Positions 54,861 through 64,000 of a DNA stretch of 64,000 nucleotides are shown here, in pieces. Numbering within the stretch: the first letter of the stretch is position 1; the number at the start of each line of letters is the position of its first letter. A program made the translations under genes and the position numbers. Origin of the DNA: Candidatus Woesebacteria bacterium (lineage in GTDB: Bacteria; Patescibacteriota; Microgenomatia; UBA8517); contig CP055308.1 of assembly GCA_013374855.1 (NCBI GenBank), positions 661,310 to 725,309 on the forward strand. The letters run 5' to 3'. A model generated the notes under the pieces. That model was not told the DNA's origin and did not search any database. It saw nothing but the letters and a program-made list of their open reading frames with translations.

Positions 54861-55895
54861 ATGGAGACAGAAGAAATATTGAATTTAAAAAACGAAGCTT
54901 TTGCTCAAATAACAACAGCTCAAACCAAAGAAGAGCTCGAAAATATTAGAGTAGCTTACCTTGGCAAAAACGGCAAAATAACAAACCTCATAAAAAAAAT
55001 AAAAAATATCACTCCCGAAAAAAGGAACAAGTATGGGAGAACAATTAACTCAACAAAGCAAAACATAGAAAATCTGCTTTTTGAGAGAAAGCAACAGATA
55101 ATAGAGGAGTTGGAAAAAAAAGAAGAATGGTTTGATCTAACAATACCGGGAATAAAGCCTCAAATTGGCTCAAAACATCCACTTCTTGAAACACTCAAAG
55201 AAGTAGAAAATATATTTCGATATCTTGGATATCAAGTAGCAGAAGGACCGGAAATCGAAACTGATTACTATAATTTTGAGGCACTAAACATTCCTCAAGA
55301 TCACCCAGCAAGAGACATGCAAATGACATTTTATCTCAACTTAAAAGATGAAAAAGGAAATCCTAAAATATTGCGAACACAAACATCGGCAATGCAGGTA
55401 AGAGTAATGGAACAAATAAGACCTCCTTTCCGAGTTCTGGTTCCTGGCAGAAACTTCCGATATGAGCAAGTAGATGCCTCACATGGTTTCGAGTTCTGGC
55501 AAGTAGAAGGATTTGTTGTGGATAAGGATATCTCTCTTACTGATCTTTTTGGAACAATAGATTTCGTTCTAAGAGAACTGTTTGGAGAAAACATAAAATT
55601 AAGATTTGCTACAACTAATTTTCCTTTTGTGGAGCCGGGTGTGGATACTTATATGAGTTGTACTATTTGCAATCAAAAGGGTTGTCCTTTTTGTAAAAAT
55701 ACAGGATGGAGCGAGATTATGCCAGCAGGAATTATTCATCCCAATGTCCTCAGAAGAGGTAAAATAGATCCTGAAAAATGGGGAGGTTTTGCCTTTGCAA
55801 TTGGTCTTTCAAGAATAGTTAACCTAAAATACAGAATAAGCGACTTAAGAACACTAAATACACCAGATATAAGGATTCTTTCTCAATTCAAATAA
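54861..55895 (+). CDS. pheS: Phenylalanine--tRNA ligase alpha subunit
   Basis: HP, NFEALN.P.DHPARDM, LRTQTS, FPFVEP, GFAFAIG. Confidence 0.97.
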   Translation: METEEILNLKNEAFAQITTAQTKEELENIRVAYLGKNGKITNLIKKIKNITPEKRNKYGRTINSTKQNIENLLFERKQQIIEELEKKEEWFDLTIPGIKPQIGSKHPLLETLKEVENIFRYLGYQVAEGPEIETDYYNFEALNIPQDHPARDMQMTFYLNLKDEKGNPKILRTQTSAMQVRVMEQIRPPFRVLVPGRNFRYEQVDASHGFEFWQVEGFVVDKDISLTDLFGTIDFVLRELFGENIKLRFATTNFPFVEPGVDTYMSCTICNQKGCPFCKNTGWSEIMPAGIIHPNVLRRGKIDPEKWGGFAFAIGLSRIVNLKYRISDLRTLNTPDIRILSQFK

Positions 55896-55896
55896 A

Positions 55897-57852
55897 ATGT
55901 TAGCACCAATTAACTGGTTAAAGCAGTACGTAGAAATAAGCCTTCCAACAGAAGAGTTAATGTGGCGACTGACCGAAATTGGCTTAACCTGCGAAAAATT
56001 ACAAAAGATAAACGGCGAAGATGTACTTGATATAGAAACCACTCCAAACAGACCAGATTGGATGAGCGTGCTTGGAATAGCAAGAGAAATAGCAGCAATA
56101 GAGAATAAAAAGATAAAACCACCCAAAACAGAAGAAATAAACTACCCCAAAAAAGACATACTTCCAATAAAGCTGAATGTAGATTTTAATCTATTTGAAA
56201 GATGGACTGCAATAACAATAGCCAATATTAAAATAGGCCCATCTCCAAAATGGATACAAGACACTCTTAAATCAGTTAATCTGCGTCCTATTAATAATGT
56301 AGTAGATATTACAAACTTTGTTATGTACGAACTGGGTCTGCCAATGCATGCTTTTGACTATGATGAAATAAAAGGAAAAGAAATGACTGTTCTTCTTTCT
56401 AAGGGTGGAGAAGAATTCACCAGTGTTGATGAAATATCCTACAAACTCCCTAAAAACGCTATGGTCATCAAAGATAAGGAAAGAATAATAGATTTAGCAG
56501 GCATCAAAGGTGGTTTTAATTCTGGAATTAAAAACTCTACAAAAAATATCCTGCTTCATATAACAATAAATAATCCATCAATTATCAGAAGAACATCGAT
56601 CTCACTTGGTTTAAGAAGCGATGCTTCGGCAATATACGAAAGAGGGCCAGACAAAGGTGGAACAATAGAGGCACTTAAAAGAGCTGTCAATCTCATCATT
56701 AAATACGCACAAGGAAAACCCGCTTCAAAGATAATTGATATCAAAAAAACAGACTTCAGGCCTCAAAAAAAGGAGGTCAATCTTGATTATCTAAAGCAAG
56801 TTCTTGGAATAGAAATCCCAAAGAAAAGAATTTTATCTATACTTGAAAGTCTTGACCTCTCACCAAGTATAAAAGGCAGTAAAATAACTTGTAAAATTCC
56901 TACAAGAAGATCCGATATAAAAGATAAAGAAGACCTTGCAGAAGAAGTTGCAAGAATTTATGGTTACAACAAATTCCCCAAAACTCTTCCACGCGGAGAG
57001 TTAAAAAAAGAAAAAATTCCTTATCTTAAAGATCATTCTGTTCAAAACACTTTAAGAAATATACTCGTTGCCTGCGGTTTTTTCGAATCCATGAATTACT
57101 CACTAATTTCTGAGGAAAACTTAAAAAAATGCTTGCTCGAAAACAAAAATTGGGCAAGGATAGAAAATCCGGTAAGCAAAGACTTTGAATTTTTAAGACC
57201 ATCAATTATTCCAAGCCTAATATTGGCAACAAAACTCAATCAAACAAAAAAGAAAATAAAATTATTTGAGATAGACAAAGTTTTTCCTTCAGAAAAATAC
57301 AAATTATCAGGAATATGCAAAGGAATAACATTCAGAAAGTTCAAGGGTATAATAGAAACAATACTTGAGACTTTAGAAATCAAAGATTACAAAATAATCA
57401 AAGAAGTAAAAGAAAAAGTCTGGCATACTAGAAGAAGTGCAAGAATAGTTACAAATAAAACAGAGCTAGGAGTCTTTGGAGAAATAAATCCAAAAGTAAA
57501 AGAAAATTTTGGAATAGAAGGAGAAATTTGGGCATTTGAGCTTGACATAGAAAATCTAAAGAGCTTAAAATCAAGCAAACTCTTTAAAGACATTTCAACT
57601 TACCCTCCACACATAGAGGACATTACCTTTATCTTGCCGGAAAAAACAGAAATAGGAAAGGTTATCAATTCAATTGAAAAAACTTCAGGTCTGATTGAAA
57701 AAACCAAATTAATATCAAAGTTTAAAAACGCTTGGACTTTTAGAATAGTTTACCAAAGCCAGAGTAAAACACTAGATGATAAAGAAATTGAAAAATTAAG
57801 AAATAAAATAATAAAAAATATAGAAAGAATCTACCTAGGAAGAGTAAAATAG
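55897..57852 (+). CDS. pheT: Phenylalanine--tRNA ligase beta subunit (lacks B2 OB-fold)
   Basis: NWLKQY, TPNRPD..S..GIARE, INNVVDITN, D..EEVARIYGY, C-terminal FDX-ACB. Confidence 0.95.
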   Translation: MLAPINWLKQYVEISLPTEELMWRLTEIGLTCEKLQKINGEDVLDIETTPNRPDWMSVLGIAREIAAIENKKIKPPKTEEINYPKKDILPIKLNVDFNLFERWTAITIANIKIGPSPKWIQDTLKSVNLRPINNVVDITNFVMYELGLPMHAFDYDEIKGKEMTVLLSKGGEEFTSVDEISYKLPKNAMVIKDKERIIDLAGIKGGFNSGIKNSTKNILLHITINNPSIIRRTSISLGLRSDASAIYERGPDKGGTIEALKRAVNLIIKYAQGKPASKIIDIKKTDFRPQKKEVNLDYLKQVLGIEIPKKRILSILESLDLSPSIKGSKITCKIPTRRSDIKDKEDLAEEVARIYGYNKFPKTLPRGELKKEKIPYLKDHSVQNTLRNILVACGFFESMNYSLISEENLKKCLLENKNWARIENPVSKDFEFLRPSIIPSLILATKLNQTKKKIKLFEIDKVFPSEKYKLSGICKGITFRKFKGIIETILETLEIKDYKIIKEVKEKVWHTRRSARIVTNKTELGVFGEINPKVKENFGIEGEIWAFELDIENLKSLKSSKLFKDISTYPPHIEDITFILPEKTEIGKVINSIEKTSGLIEKTKLISKFKNAWTFRIVYQSQSKTLDDKEIEKLRNKIIKNIERIYLGRVK

Positions 57853-57853
57853 A

Positions 57854-58207
57854 CTACTTATTTCGATGATCTCCTTTGGATTCGGGGGCTGTTCTTTCAG
57901 TGATGTAACGCACGGCTTTTGCTACAAATAAATCAGAAAGAGGATCCCGTGGGTCCCCTTCAGGATAATCTGGAAATAACTTTACTTTTCTTTCATCAAA
58001 TTCTTTTTGATCAATAATTCCTAATTTAAAACTCATTCTCAAACACCACCACCTATGCAATAAACTTTCTACTTCTGGACTGGGAAATTTATCAGCCCCA
58101 AGATGAGAAAGAAGAGAACGCTTCCAATTCTCCCAAAAAGAACCTCTAAAATTTTTAGCTTCTTCCTTTGAACAATAATCAGAAGGCCTTGTTATTTCCC
58201 TTGTCAT
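57854..58207 (-). CDS. Hypothetical protein
   Basis: 117 aa ORF filling the gap; TATAAT-N7-ATG upstream. Confidence 0.6.
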   Translation of the reverse strand: MTREITRPSDYCSKEEAKNFRGSFWENWKRSLLSHLGADKFPSPEVESLLHRWWCLRMSFKLGIIDQKEFDERKVKLFPDYPEGDPRDPLSDLFVAKAVRYITERTAPESKGDHRNK

Positions 58208-58246
58208 TTTAAATATTATACAAAAGATGTCAAATGAATTTAAAAA

Positions 58247-60847
58247 TCAGGGAAGTGGACTGGGTACCAATGATGGTGTAGGTGAAGGAGTTGGAGTAGA
58301 GTAATTCCATTCAACACCAACACCAATTGTTATCTCTTTCTCTGAAGTATTACCCGCTTTATCTTTTGCTCTTGCTTTCAACTTGTGAACGCCTTTTGTC
58401 AAAGAAAGAATAGTTGTATAAGGAGGCTTAGAAAAAGTGCGGTAACTATTTCCATTTACAAATAAAACAACATCCACAATATCAGAAATAGAATCCGCTC
58501 TAATCTTAATTTCTAAATTCTCCGGCAAATTGGAAGATTTGTCCTGTGGTTTTTCAAAATCAACAGAAAGAGGGTTTGCAGAACCGCAATATTCAGTCGG
58601 CGGATGATAACGCGGGTCAGTCTGGGCGTAAAGCCAATTCAAGATTGCTTCCTGCCATTTATTTGGTCCGCCACCTGATGTAGGATCTTCCTCCTTAAAA
58701 ATGAAAAACTCCTTTTCTTCGTAATTACCACTTTGAATATCAGCAGGTGTTGCTAATTTTCCCTCACTCTTACAAACTTTCAACTTAACATGCACAGGAT
58801 CATCCCCAGGTTCTGTTCCTGATACAAAAATTTCAGGCCTTGAAGGAAAATCATCATGAGCTCTGTAACCTGAAATTTTATCTACATCAACCGTTACAAT
58901 TCCTTCTGGCCTCTCAAAACCAATACTTGGCTTACCTGAAAGTGCCTCAAGAACAATTTTTCTCCATATAGGTGTCGCCCCCGAGACACCAGAGGCTACA
59001 TTCTTCATTTCAGAATTATCATTATTTCCTACCCATACACCAACCATAACTTGTGTATTTCCTCCTATCGCCCAATTATCTCTCTTATCATTAGTTGTAC
59101 CAGTTTTAACCATAATAGTCCTGCCGGGAATATTAAGAAGAGAATTTGGACCAAATACATCGCTTCTTGCATTATTATCCGACAAAATATCAGATATGAT
59201 ATAGGAAATTTCCGGTGTTAAAACCCGATTCTTTTTCTTTGGTTTTACTTCTTCTAAAACCTTACCATTCAAATCCTCGACTTTAAGAATAGAAACAGGT
59301 TCTACCTTAAAACCTTGATTGACAAAAGCGCAGTAAGCACCAGTTAACTCCAAAAGCCTTACCTCACCTCCACCAAGCGTCAAAGAAAGACCAACTCTGC
59401 TTAAGGTATCCTTATTTGGTTCAAGAGAAGAAATACCAAGATCGTAGGCCAGTTTAAGCACATTTTCTATACCAGTCATTGCAAGCATCTTAACCGCCGG
59501 AACATTCAAAGAATTACCCAGAGCATAACGAACCTGAACAGGGCCTCTGTACTTACCATCATAATTAACTGGCTTATAAGGCTTTCCGCCCTGACCCATA
59601 CCAAATTCAGTAGGCACATCCATCAAAAGGGTAGAGGCAGTGTAGCCCTTCTTTAAGGCAGCAGCATAAGTAATTGGTTTTATGGCAGAACCTGGCTGTC
59701 TCAAAGAAAGAGTAACATTTACTTGTCCGTCATAGTTAGGATCGGAAAAATCTTTCGACCCTACCATTGCTAAAATTTCCCCTGTCTCAGGGTCAAGAAC
59801 AACAACAGCACCATTCGTAATGTTAAATTTTTCTACTTTTGATATTTCTTCCTTTACTATACCTTGAGCCTTCTCCTGAAGTTTAAGGTCTAAAGTCGTT
59901 GTTACTCTCAAGCCTCCTTTTTCCACAACATCCTCCCCATATCTTTCCTCTAAAATTTTTTGGACATACTGAACAAAATGAGGTGCCTTAAAGCCTACAT
60001 CTTTTGGCTTAAAAACAACATTCCCAAGTTGATTAACCGCTTCTTCCTCCTGATCTCTAGTAATATAACCGTCTTCTCTCATTCTCCTCAAAACCGCTTT
60101 AGTTCTTTCAATGTAAGCTTTTGGAGTAGAGGAATAGGGAGAATATACAGATGGCCTTTGAGGAAGGCCTGCCAAAATAGCCGATTCAACAAGATTAAGA
60201 TCCTTAACTTTTTTGCCAAAATACATTTCAGAAGCAGTTTCTACACCCCAAGCAGTACCACCATATGGAGCTTCATTTAAATACATCTGCAAAATTTCAT
60301 CTTTTGTATATTTTCTCTCTATCTGAACCGCCAATATAAATTCCCTGATTTTGCGGAAAAGAGTGCGCTCTGAAGTCAAAAGCGTGTTTTTAACCAATTG
60401 TTGAGTAAGAGTTGAACCACCTTGAAGCCTTCTCTTTACAACTATATTAAATATCGCCCGCAAATAACCCCTGATATCAAACCCTTTATGTTTATAAAAG
60501 TTTTTATCTTCTATAGCTACAGTTGCCTGACGAAGATATAAAGGAACCTCCTCCAGTGAAACTGGAGTCCTCCTTTTATCCTGGAAAATGTCATATAAGG
60601 TCTCACCATTTCTATCTAAAATCTTTGTAGAAAAACCTTCTCTCCTTACAACCTTATCAGGAGAAGGAAGATTGAAAGCAAAAAAAGGAACCAAAACAAA
60701 AAACAAGGCAAAGATAGTAATAACCGACAAAAAACCTATTTTCGCAAAAAATAATATCCTTTTACTTTTTTCCAAGCTAATTCTCGAACGCAAACCATAA
60801 GTTGATATTTTCCTCCTTTTTGCAACCTGTTTCCATCTAGGTACCAT
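58247..60847 (-). CDS. Class A penicillin-binding protein (PBP1A-like) with C-terminal Ig-like domain
   Basis: EDKNFY.H.G, GGSTLTQQL.KN, RK..E; transpeptidase S..K (GSAIKP), SLN, KTGT; PT-rich tail. Confidence 0.95.
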   Translation of the reverse strand: MVPRWKQVAKRRKISTYGLRSRISLEKSKRILFFAKIGFLSVITIFALFFVLVPFFAFNLPSPDKVVRREGFSTKILDRNGETLYDIFQDKRRTPVSLEEVPLYLRQATVAIEDKNFYKHKGFDIRGYLRAIFNIVVKRRLQGGSTLTQQLVKNTLLTSERTLFRKIREFILAVQIERKYTKDEILQMYLNEAPYGGTAWGVETASEMYFGKKVKDLNLVESAILAGLPQRPSVYSPYSSTPKAYIERTKAVLRRMREDGYITRDQEEEAVNQLGNVVFKPKDVGFKAPHFVQYVQKILEERYGEDVVEKGGLRVTTTLDLKLQEKAQGIVKEEISKVEKFNITNGAVVVLDPETGEILAMVGSKDFSDPNYDGQVNVTLSLRQPGSAIKPITYAAALKKGYTASTLLMDVPTEFGMGQGGKPYKPVNYDGKYRGPVQVRYALGNSLNVPAVKMLAMTGIENVLKLAYDLGISSLEPNKDTLSRVGLSLTLGGGEVRLLELTGAYCAFVNQGFKVEPVSILKVEDLNGKVLEEVKPKKKNRVLTPEISYIISDILSDNNARSDVFGPNSLLNIPGRTIMVKTGTTNDKRDNWAIGGNTQVMVGVWVGNNDNSEMKNVASGVSGATPIWRKIVLEALSGKPSIGFERPEGIVTVDVDKISGYRAHDDFPSRPEIFVSGTEPGDDPVHVKLKVCKSEGKLATPADIQSGNYEEKEFFIFKEEDPTSGGGPNKWQEAILNWLYAQTDPRYHPPTEYCGSANPLSVDFEKPQDKSSNLPENLEIKIRADSISDIVDVVLFVNGNSYRTFSKPPYTTILSLTKGVHKLKARAKDKAGNTSEKEITIGVGVEWNYSTPTPSPTPSLVPSPLP

Positions 60848-60951
60848 TTAGAATATTCTAGAATATAAACACAAAAAGGTAAACTCAAAAAATCAGTTTT
60901 GTAAAATAAACAAATTGAAAAGAAAATAAAATTGGGTGTAAAATAAACATC

Positions 60952-62100
60952 ATGGATATAGATGAAGTATTAACAAGAGGAGTAGAACAAATAATTCCAT
61001 CAAAAGAAGATTTAAAATATCTGATCCAAAAGAGAAAAATAACTCTTTATCAAGGTTTTGATCCTACCACGCCCAACCTTCATATTGGACATCTTGCTGG
61101 AATTATGAAACTTCGCCAATTCCAAAAAATGGGTCATAAAATTATATTTCTCATAGGAGACTTTACTGCAAGAATAGGCGATCCCACCGGAAAACTATCA
61201 GCAAGGAAAATGTTAAGTGAAAACGAAGTAAAAAGAAATTTAAAAGGCTGGAAAAAAATAGTCCAAAAGATCATAGATTTCAATGGCAAAAACAAAGCAG
61301 AAATTGTATTTAACTCTAGATGGAACGAAAAAATAACATTCGCCGACCTTATTAAAATCTGTTCTAATTTTACAGTTCAACAAATGATAGAAAGAAATAT
61401 GTTCCAGGAAAGAATGAAAAGAAAAAACCCAATTTTTTTATCAGAATTTCTTTATCCTGTAGCACAGGCAATAGATTGTGTCAATTTAAATGTTGATTTA
61501 GAAATAGGCGGTTCTGATCAACTCTTCAACATGCTAGCAGGACGCCAACTAATGCTTGCCACTACAAAAAAGGAAAAGTTCGTTATGACACTTAAGCTTC
61601 TAACTGACAAGGAAGGTAAAAAAATAGGGAAGACTGAAGGTAACGCAATAGTATTTAACAAAGGAGAAATTGATACATACGGGAAAATAATGAGTTTGCC
61701 AGATGAAATAATCTATCCTGCATTTGAACTTCTTACCGAAGTAAGTCTGTCAAAAAAGATGAAAGAAATCAAAGAAAACCCAATGAGAGAGAAGAAAAAA
61801 TTAGCTTTTGAGATTACAAAAATAATTTACGGCGAAAGAAAAGCAATTCAAGCAGAAATTCACTTTGAAAAAACATTCCAGAAAAAGAAACCAGATTTTA
61901 ACCAGAAAACAAAAAATATGGGAACATTGGCAAAAACCATAGCTGTTCACACACCAAGAAAATCAATTTCTGAAGCAAAAAGATTAATTATCAACAAAGC
62001 AGTAGAAGTAAACGGAAAATTAATTCAAGACCCAACATATAAAACACGAAAAGGGGATAAGATAAAAGTGGGTGAAAAAATATTCTTGCAAGTAGAATGA
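60952..62100 (+). CDS. tyrS: Tyrosine--tRNA ligase
   Basis: GFDPT..LHIGH, GDFTA.IGDP, GGSDQ, KIGKT, S4 domain. Confidence 0.96.
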   Translation: MDIDEVLTRGVEQIIPSKEDLKYLIQKRKITLYQGFDPTTPNLHIGHLAGIMKLRQFQKMGHKIIFLIGDFTARIGDPTGKLSARKMLSENEVKRNLKGWKKIVQKIIDFNGKNKAEIVFNSRWNEKITFADLIKICSNFTVQQMIERNMFQERMKRKNPIFLSEFLYPVAQAIDCVNLNVDLEIGGSDQLFNMLAGRQLMLATTKKEKFVMTLKLLTDKEGKKIGKTEGNAIVFNKGEIDTYGKIMSLPDEIIYPAFELLTEVSLSKKMKEIKENPMREKKKLAFEITKIIYGERKAIQAEIHFEKTFQKKKPDFNQKTKNMGTLAKTIAVHTPRKSISEAKRLIINKAVEVNGKLIQDPTYKTRKGDKIKVGEKIFLQVE

Positions 62101-62201
62101 AGACAAACAAGAAAAAAATTCTCGTCAAAATTATAGTCATTATGGCAGCTCTTGGTCTTTTAGCTTCCTCTGTTCTTCCATTCCTAATTTATCTAAGATA
62201 A
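62097..62201 (+). CDS. Small single-TM protein (34 aa), not in ORF track
   Basis: MKTNKKKILVKIIVIMAALGLLASSVLPFLIYLR*; ATGA overlap with tyrS, ends 3 nt before recG. Confidence 0.55.
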   Translation: MKTNKKKILVKIIVIMAALGLLASSVLPFLIYLR

Positions 62202-62204
62202 AAA

Positions 62205-64000
62205 ATGGATCTTTCTGACTCTGTAAAAAAAATTCCACTTGTAGGTGGACACTATGCCAATCTTCTTAAAAAACTTGAAATAGATACCGTAGAAAATCTA
62301 CTCTTCCACATACCCCTAAGATATGTTGACTTTTCAAACAAGACAAACATAAAAGAGGCCCAAATAGGAAAAACAATAACCATAGAAGCAGAAGTTGAGA
62401 AAATCCAAAATGTATATACAAAAAGAGGTAAAAACATTCAAATAGCAGAAGTAAAAGACAAGACCGGTTCTTTGAATATAGTCTGGTTTAATCAACCATA
62501 TCTTTATAAAACAATAAGAAAGGGAGAAATATATTATTTTTCAGGCAAAGTAAATTTTTTTAACTTTAGGAAAACAATGATTTCACCTGAATTTGAAAAA
62601 AAAGAAACAGACGAAAGAATTCACACAGGAAGATTGGTCCCTGTATATCCTCTTACTAAAGGTGTATCAAGCAAATGGTTGCGTTCGCGAATCAGACAAG
62701 CCTTAAATATATACAAAAAATCAATTAAGGAAAATCTGCCTCAGGAGGACTTAGATAGTTTTAATATTATGGAAAGAAAGAGGGCATTTGAAAGGGCACA
62801 CTTTCCTCAAGACAAAAACGAAGCCAGAAAAGCCAAAGAAAGGTTGGCGCTTGACGAGCTTTTGAAATTACAACTTGTTAGCCTTTACAAAAAAGCCAAA
62901 TGGCAAAAAGAAAATAAAGCAGAAAAATTATTTATAGACAAAGCTAAAGAGAAGTTTACCAAGCTGATTCCTTTTAAACTAACAGAAGATCAAGAAAAAG
63001 TAATTTCAGAAATAGAAAACGACCTTAAAAAAGAAATACCAATGAACAGACTTCTTGAGGGAGATGTTGGAAGCGGAAAAACAATTGTAGCCGCGTTTGC
63101 AGCCTTCTTGGCTGTCAATAACAGAAAACAAACAGTTGTGATGGCGCCAACTGAGATTTTGGCAAAACAACACTATCAAACGTTTAGCAATATCTTTAAA
63201 GGACAAAAAATAAGTCTTGTCACTTCATCATTTAAAAAAATCGAGAAAAATGCAAAAATAATAATAGGAACACACTCTCTTCTTTACCAAAAAGAAATCT
63301 TTAAAAAACCAGCACTTGTAATTATAGATGAACAACACAAATTTGGGGTCTTCCAAAGAGGAAAATTGATAAAATCAATAAAAAAAGATAAATGTCCTCA
63401 TATCCTCACAATGACAGCAACTCCCATCCCTCGAACTATAGCACTGACAGCCTATGGACATCTTGACCTTTCAACTATAAACACTATGCCTTCAGGAAGA
63501 AAAAAAGTTTTAACATGGATTGTACCGGAAGAAAAAAGAAAAAAAGCATATGAGTGGATTAAAAATAAAATAAAGAAAGAAAAAGAACAGGTTTTTATAA
63601 TTTGCCCCCTAATAGAAGAATCAGAAATAGATTCTATGAAACAAGTTAAATCAGCACTATCTGAATACGAAAAACTTAAAAGAGAATTTAGAGAATTCAA
63701 AGTAGAGGTTCTTCATGGTAAATTAAAACCAAAAGATAAAGACAAAATAATAAACGACTTTAGAAACAAAAGAATAGATATCTTGGTAAGCACACCGGTA
63801 GTTGAAGTTGGGGTTGACATACCAAATGCAAACATAATTGTAATTGAAACCGCTGACAGATTTGGACTCGCTCAACTGCATCAATTAAGAGGCAGGGTGG
63901 GGAGAGGTGAAAAACAAGGATATTGTTTGCTTTTCTCCGAAAGCAAATCAAAAAAGACTCTAAAAAGACTATCTGCTTTAAAAGAGGAATCATCAGGTTT
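62205..64000 (+). CDS. recG: ATP-dependent DNA helicase RecG (runs off window; absent from ORF track)
   Basis: MDLSDSVKKIPLVG..LLFHIPLRY, WFNQPYL, MNRLLEGDVGSGKT, IDEQHKFGV, MTATPIPRT, FGLAQLHQLRGRVGRG. Confidence 0.95.
   Translation, partial: MDLSDSVKKIPLVGGHYANLLKKLEIDTVENLLFHIPLRYVDFSNKTNIKEAQIGKTITIEAEVEKIQNVYTKRGKNIQIAEVKDKTGSLNIVWFNQPYLYKTIRKGEIYYFSGKVNFFNFRKTMISPEFEKKETDERIHTGRLVPVYPLTKGVSSKWLRSRIRQALNIYKKSIKENLPQEDLDSFNIMERKRAFERAHFPQDKNEARKAKERLALDELLKLQLVSLYKKAKWQKENKAEKLFIDKAKEKFTKLIPFKLTEDQEKVISEIENDLKKEIPMNRLLEGDVGSGKTIVAAFAAFLAVNNRKQTVVMAPTEILAKQHYQTFSNIFKGQKISLVTSSFKKIEKNAKIIIGTHSLLYQKEIFKKPALVIIDEQHKFGVFQRGKLIKSIKKDKCPHILTMTATPIPRTIALTAYGHLDLSTINTMPSGRKKVLTWIVPEEKRKKAYEWIKNKIKKEKEQVFIICPLIEESEIDSMKQVKSALSEYEKLKREFREFKVEVLHGKLKPKDKDKIINDFRNKRIDILVSTPVVEVGVDIPNANIIVIETADRFGLAQLHQLRGRVGRGEKQGYCLLFSESKSKKTLKRLSALKEESSG

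Noticed and set aside
51876-60951. T-box leaders for thrS, pheS or tyrS
   Set aside because: Upstream gaps are too short (13, 91 and about 100 nt) and lack the T-box consensus.
1-64000. CRISPR array or cas genes
   Set aside because: No regularly spaced direct repeats and no Cas-like ORFs seen.
1-64000. Alternative genetic code (UGA=Gly, as in Gracilibacteria/Absconditabacteria)
   Set aside because: Conserved genes (ppsA, uvrB, rplT, tyrS) end at TGA at their expected lengths and none is interrupted by TGA.

Overview
AT-rich bacterial chromosome segment in standard code 11. Gene content (minimised ThrS, PheT and trigger factor, DUF5660, DUF192, PGI/PMI, many apparently leaderless genes) points to a Patescibacteria/CPR (Microgenomates-like) genome; this taxonomy is inference. 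It contains dnaE, rplS, ruvC, a ppsA-eno-gpmI block, lexA divergent from uvrB-uvrA-(transglutaminase)-uvrC, secG, cell-wall genes, pyrG, 15 tRNAs, rtcB/thpR, tig, thrS-infC-rpmI-rplT-pheS-pheT, a class A PBP, tyrS and a partial recG. The most unusual part is a ~7.4 kb large-serine-recombinase island integrated at the 3' end of tRNA-Ala(GGC) with a 4-bp CCAC core (42935-50380). It carries a restriction-modification set and an OLD nuclease. It also carries, internally and inverted, an intact copy of its own attP junction (44570-44915), so the integrase module and the cargo module are each bracketed by long inverted repeats (124 and 226 bp, no mismatch found by eye). Integration also swaps the integrase C-terminus. 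Other highlights: a pheM-like leader-peptide attenuator between rplT and pheS, a promoter- and terminator-bounded three-hairpin RNA upstream of a cell-wall hydrolase-like gene, a candidate LexA direct-repeat operator, and an archaeal/eukaryote-type DRG GTPase.
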